DNA of 28,108 bases from Marsupella aquatica (Eukaryota; Plantae; Marchantiophyta), in contig OZ316897.1 of the NCBI GenBank assembly GCA_973895155.1, forward strand, positions 23,606,518 through 23,634,625. The letters are read 5' to 3'. A model generated the notes under the pieces. The model was not told the origin of the DNA. It searched no databases and was given only the letters and a program-made list of their open reading frames with translations. Below, piece after piece: positions 22,301-28,108 of the stretch. Numbering within the stretch: position 1 is the first letter of the stretch; each line of letters starts with the position of its first letter. The position numbers and the translations under genes were made by a program.

Positions 22301-24598
22301 TGCTATTTGCGCAAATCCACCAAAATGAAACGTTTTACCAATACTTTAAAAAAGTCAAAATTACATAAAAAGCCAACTACTCGTACCCCTAGTTGTGATC
22401 ACCTCGTCGCGATAGGAGCGTGGACTCACTCCTAGTATGCATACATTGGGGGTGATTCACCCCCAATCTTGACCATCCTCACCCCCAATGCACGCACCCC
22501 CAAAACTGGGGGCCACCCTCACCCTCAACCCCCATGGAACCCCTCCCCCACCCTCACCCCCAGCTCGTTACACCCCCAATGCTACATTAGGGTTGCACAG
22601 GCCCCCATGTGCACGCACCCCCAAAACTGGGGGCCATCCTCACCCTCAACCCCCATGGAACCCCTCCCCCACCCTCACCCCCAGCTCGTTACACCCCCAA
22701 TGCTCAATTAGGGTTGCACACGCCCCCATGTGCACGCACCCCCAAAACTGGGGGCCACCCTCACCCTCAACCCCCATGGAACCCCTCCCCCACCCTCACC
22801 CCCAGCTCGTTACACCCCCAATGCTACAGTAGGGTTGCACACGCCCCCATGTGCACGCACCCCCAAAACTGGGGGCCATCCTCACCCTCAACCCCCATGG
22901 AACCCCTCCCCCACCCTCACCCCCAGCTCGTTACACCCCCAATGCTCAATTAGGGTTGCACACGCCCCCATGTGCACGCACCCCCAAAACTGGGGGCCAC
23001 CCTCACCCTCAACCCCCATGGAACCCCTCCCCCACCCTCACCCCCAGCTCGTTACACCCCCAAAAGCTACAGTAGGGTGGCACTCGCCCCCTGGTACACG
23101 CACCCCGAAAATTGCGGGGTACCCCCACCCCTAGCCCCTCCAAAATGCGCACACAACAAACTCGGGGTCAAACTCACCCCCAATATTCAATAATCATACC
23201 AGTACTTAAAAAACTGGTATGCCACATGTGAAAACTGGGGATGACACTGTAAACCCTAAACCATAAACCCTAAACCCTAAACGCTAACCCTTTTTTTTCT
23301 TTTTGCTATACTTGTCAAAAAAACGTGCTAGGCGAGCACGTAACGTTCCAAAACGTGCTATTTGCGCAAATCCACCAAAATGAAACGTTTTACCAATACT
23401 TTAAAAAAGTCAAAATTACATAAAAAGCCAACTACTCGTACCCCTAGTTGTGATCACCTCGTCGCGATAGGAGCGTGGACTCACTCCTAGTATGCATACA
23501 TTGGGGGTGATTCACCCCCAATCTTGACCATCCTCACCCCCAATGCACGCACCCCCAAAACTGGGGGCCACCCTCACCCTCAACCCCCATGGAACCCCTC
23601 CCCCACCCTCACCCCCAGCTCGTTACACCCCCAATGCTACATTAGGGTTGCACACGCCCCCATGTGCACGCACCCCCAAAATTGGGGGCCACCCTCACCC
23701 TCAACCCCCATGGAACCCCTCCCCCTCCCTCACCCCCAGCTCGTTACACCCCCAATGCTCAATTAGGGTTGCACACGCCCCCATGTGCACGCACCCCCAA
23801 AACTGGGGGCCACCCTCACCCTCAACCCCCATGGAACCCCTCCCCCTCCCTCACCCCCTGCTCGTTACACCCCCAATGCTACAGTAGGGTTGCACACGCC
23901 CCCATGTGCACGCACCCCCAAAACTGGGGGCCACCCTCACCCTCAACCCCCATGGAACCCCTCCCCCACCCTCACCCCCAGCTCGTTACACCCCCAATGC
24001 TCAATTAGGGTTGCACAGGCCCCCATGTGCACGCACCCCCAAAACTGGGGGCCACCCTCACCCTCAACCCCCATGGAACCCCTCCCCCACCCTCACCCCC
24101 AGCTCGTTACACCCCCAAAAGCTACAGTAGGGTGGCACTCGCCCCCTGGTACACGCACCCCGAAAATTGCGGGGTACCCCCACCCCTAGCCCCTCCAAAA
24201 TGCGCACACAACAAACTGGGGGTCAAACTCACCCCCAATATTCAATAATCATACCAGTACTTAAAAAACTGGTATGCCACATGTGAAAACTGGGGATGAC
24301 ACTGTAAACCCTAAACCATAAACCCTAAACCCTAAACGCTAACCCTTTTTTTTCTTTTTGCTATACTTGTCAAAAAAACGTGCTAGGCGAGCACGTAACG
24401 TTCCAAAACGTGCTATTTGCGCAAATCCACCAAAATGAAACGTTTTACCAATACTTTAAAAAAGTCAAAATTACATAAAAAGCCAACTACTCGTACCCCT
24501 AGTTGTGATCACCTCGTCGCGATAGGAGCGTGGACTCACTCCTAGTATGCATACATTGGGGGTGATTCACCCCCAATCTTGACCATCCTCACCCCCAA
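16333..24598 (+). repeat. Units L-C-A-L-C-A, (LCA)x2 with 4133-bp period
   Basis: L at 16333 and 20466. C (as B but m3 TACAGT) at 18356 and 22489. A at 19411 and 23544. Confidence 0.95.
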
Positions 24599-27500
24599 TG
24601 CACGCACCCCCAAAACTGGGGGCCACCCTCACCCTCAACCCCCATGGAACCCCTCCCCCACCCTCACCCCCAGCTCGTTACACCCCCAATGCTACATTAG
24701 GGTTGCACAGGCCCCCATGTGCACGCACCCCCAAAACTGGGGGCCATCCTCACCCTCAACCCCCATGGAACCCCTCCCCCACCCTCACCCCCAGCTCGTT
24801 ACACCCCCAATGCTCAATTAGGGTTGCACACGCCCCCATGTGCACGCACCCCCAAAACTGGGGGCCACCCTCACCCTCAACCCCCATGGAACCCCTCCCC
24901 CACCCTCACCCCCAGCTCGTTACACCCCCAATGCTCAATTAGGGTTGCACACGCCCCCATGTGCACGCACCCCCAAAACTGGGGGCCATCCTCACCCTCA
25001 ACCCCCATGGAACCCCTCCCCCACCCTCACCCCCAGCTCGTTACACCCCCAATGCTCAATTAGGGTTGCACACGCCCCCATGTGCACGCACCCCCAAAAC
25101 TGGGGGCCACCCTCACCCTCAACCCCCATGGAACCCCTCCCCCACCCTCACCCCCAGCTCGTTACACCCCCAATGCTACAGTAGGGTTGCACACGCCCCC
25201 ATGTGCACGCACCCCCAAAATTGGGGGCCACCCTCACCCTCAACCCCCATGGAACCCCTCCCCCTCCCTCACCCCCAGCTCGTTACACCCCCAATGCTCA
25301 ATTAGGGTTGCACACGCCCCCATGTGCACGCACCCCCAAAACTGGGGGCCACCCTCACCCTCAACCCCCATGGAACCCCTCCCCCTCCCTCACCCCCTGC
25401 TCGTTACACCCCCAATGCTACAGTAGGGTTGCACACGCCCCCATGTGCACGCACCCCCAAAACTGGGGGCCACCCTCACCCTCAACCCCCATGGAACCCC
25501 TCCCCCTCCCTCACCCCCAGCTCGTTACACCCCCAATGCTCAATTAGGGTTGCACACGCCCCCATGTGCACGCACCCCCAAAACTGGGGGCCACCCTCAC
25601 CCTCAACCCCCATGGAACCCCTCCCCCACCCTCACCCCCAGCTCGTTACACCCCCAATGCTCAATTAGGGTTGCACACGCCCCCATGTGCACGCACCCCC
25701 AAAACTGGGGGCCATCCTCACCCTCAACCCCCATGGAACCCCTCCCCCACCCTCACCCCCAGCTCGTTACACCCCCAATGCTCAATTAGGGTTGCACACG
25801 CCCCCATGTGCACGCACCCCCAAAACTGGGGGCCACCCTCACCCTCAACCCCCATGGAACCCCTCCCCCACCCTCACCCCCAGCTCGTTACACCCCCAAT
25901 GCTACAGTAGGGTTGCACACGCCCCCATGTGCACGCACCCCCAAAACTGGGGGCCATCCTCACCCTCAACCCCCATGGAACCCCTCCCCCACCCTCACCC
26001 CCAGCTCGTTACACCCCCAATGCTCAATTAGGGTTGCACAGGCCCCCATGTGCACGCACCCCCAAAACTGGGGGCCACCCTCACCCTCAACCCCCATGGA
26101 ACCCCTCCCCCACCCTCACCCCCAGCTCGTTACACCCCCAAAAGCTACAGTAGGGTGGCACTCGCCCCCTGGTACACGCACCCCGAAAATTGCGGGGTAC
26201 CCCCACCCCTAGCCCCTCCAAAATGCGCACACAACAAACTGGGGGTCAAACTCACCCCCAATATTCAATAATCATACCAGTACTTAAAAAACTGGTATGC
26301 CACATGTGAAAACTGGGGATGACACTGTAAACCCTAAACCATAAACCCTAAACCCTAAACGCTAACCCTTTTTTTTCTTTTTGCTATACTTGTCAAAAAA
26401 ACGTGCTAGGCGAGCACGTAACGTTCCAAAACGTGCTATTTGCGCAAATCCACCAAAATGAAACGTTTTACCAATACTTTAAAAAAGTCAAAATTACATA
26501 AAAAGCCAACTACTCGTACCCCTAGTTGTGATCACCTCGTCGCGATAGGAGCGTGGACTCACTCCTAGTATGCATACATTGGGGGTGATTCACCCCCAAT
26601 CTTGACCATCCTCACCCCCAATGCACGCACCCCCAAAACTGGGGGCCACCCTCACCCTCAACCCCCATGGAACCCCTCCCCCACCCTCACCCCCAGCTCG
26701 TTACACCCCCAATGCTACATTAGGGTTGCACACGCCCCCATGTGCACGCACCCCCAAAATTGGGGGCCACCCTCACCCTCAACCCCCATGGAACCCCTCC
26801 CCCTCCCTCACCCCCAGCTCGTTACACCCCCAATGCTCAATTAGGGTTGCACACGCCCCCATGTGCACGCACCCCCAAAACTGGGGGCCACCCTCACCCT
26901 CAACCCCCATGGAACCCCTCCCCCTCCCTCACCCCCTGCTCGTTACACCCCCAATGCTACAGTAGGGTTGCACACGCCCCCATGTGCACGCACCCCCAAA
27001 ACTGGGGGCCACCCTCACCCTCAACCCCCATGGAACCCCTCCCCCACCCTCACCCCCAGCTCGTTACACCCCCAATGCTCAATTAGGGTTGCACAGGCCC
27101 CCATGTGCACGCACCCCCAAAACTGGGGGCCACCCTCACCCTCAACCCCCATGGAACCCCTCCCCCACCCTCACCCCCAGCTCGTTACACCCCCAAAAGC
27201 TACAGTAGGGTGGCACTCGCCCCCTGGTACACGCACCCCGAAAATTGCGGGGTACCCCCACCCCTAGCCCCTCCAAAATGCGCACACAACAAACTGGGGG
27301 TCAAACTCACCCCCAATATTCAATAATCATACCAGTACTTAAAAAACTGGTATGCCACATGTGAAAACTGGGGATGACACTGTAAACCCTAAACCATAAA
27401 CCCTAAACCCTAAACGCTAACCCTTTTTTTTCTTTTTGCTATACTTGTCAAAAAAACGTGCTAGGCGAGCACGTAACGTTCCAAAACGTGCTATTTGCGC

Positions 27501-28108
27501 AAATCCACCAAAATGAAACGTTTTACCAATACTTTAAAAAAGTCAAAATTACATAAAAAGCCAACTACTCGTACCCCTAGTTGTGATCACCTCGTCGCGA
27601 TAGGAGCGTGGACTCACTCCTAGTATGCATACATTGGGGGTGATTCACCCCCAATCTTGACCATCCTCACCCCCAATGCACGCACCCCCAAAACTGGGGG
27701 CCACCCTCACCCTCAACCCCCATGGAACCCCTCCCCCACCCTCACCCCCAGCTCGTTACACCCCCAATGCTACATTAGGGTTGCACAGGCCCCCATGTGC
27801 ACGCACCCCCAAAACTGGGGGCCATCCTCACCCTCAACCCCCATGGAACCCCTCCCCCACCCTCACCCCCAGCTCGTTACACCCCCAATGCTCAATTAGG
27901 GTTGCACACGCCCCCATGTGCACGCACCCCCAAAACTGGGGGCCACCCTCACCCTCAACCCCCATGGAACCCCTCCCCCACCCTCACCCCCAGCTCGTTA
28001 CACCCCCAATGCTCAATTAGGGTTGCACACGCCCCCATGTGCACGCACCCCCAAAACTGGGGGCCATCCTCACCCTCAACCCCCATGGAACCCCTCCCCC
28101 ACCCTCAC
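24599..28108 (+). repeat. Units L, A and a partial L/B-type unit running off the window end
   Basis: L 24599-26621 and A 26622-27676, then m1 CACAGG, m2 GCCATC, m3 plain and m4 GCCATC (partial). Confidence 0.93.

Larger units (their letters stand above)
1..28108. repeat. Compound higher-order tandem array: (121-bp monomer)x5 or x13 plus 450-bp module, head-to-tail, open at both window ends
   Basis: The module landmark (TTCAATAA, last base) recurs at 423, 1477, 3496, 4551, 5606, 6661, 7716, 8771, 9826, 10881, 12904, 13959, 15982, 18005, 19060, 20115, 22138, 23193, 24248, 26271 and 27326. Spacings are only 1054/1055 or 2019/2023. No unique sequence or inversion seen. Confidence 0.99.

Noticed and set aside
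65-28020. Many Pro/His-rich ORFs (73-234 aa), superficially extensin-like
   Set aside because: They are translations of the C-rich repeat. The 121-bp period is not a multiple of 3, frames rotate and stop about every three monomers, most starts are GTG/TTG, and there is no signal peptide or domain.
1-28108. CRISPR array or other repeat-spacer memory system
   Set aside because: There are no unique spacers. Intervening sequences are themselves identical, the repeat lengths are wrong and no cas genes are present.

Overview
The whole 28.1-kb window is one non-coding, single-orientation, hierarchical tandem array (compound satellite DNA). I see no credible gene, RNA gene or CRISPR array. Level 1 is a 121-bp C-rich monomer (60 C and 18 G in the consensus; about 154 copies) that varies at six diagnostic sites. 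At level 2, runs of exactly 5 or exactly 13 monomers are each followed by a nearly invariant 450-bp module (21 copies), giving units of 1055 bp (14 complete; subtypes A, B, C) or 2023 bp (6 complete; L). At level 3 the order is (A) A L A B A B A B A L A L L C A L C A L A (L/B), which contains 2110-, 3078- and 4133-bp super-periods. The 450-bp module holds a degenerate monomer, a short plant-type telomeric tract (TAAACCC)x5+TAACCC, a T-tract and a dense run of palindromes and hairpins. The best reading is a eukaryotic (TTTAGGG-telomere lineage) macrosatellite, possibly subtelomeric. It may be a head-to-tail concatemer of a non-autonomous transposon-derived unit with internal tandem repeats. Organism, family and function cannot be established from the window alone.
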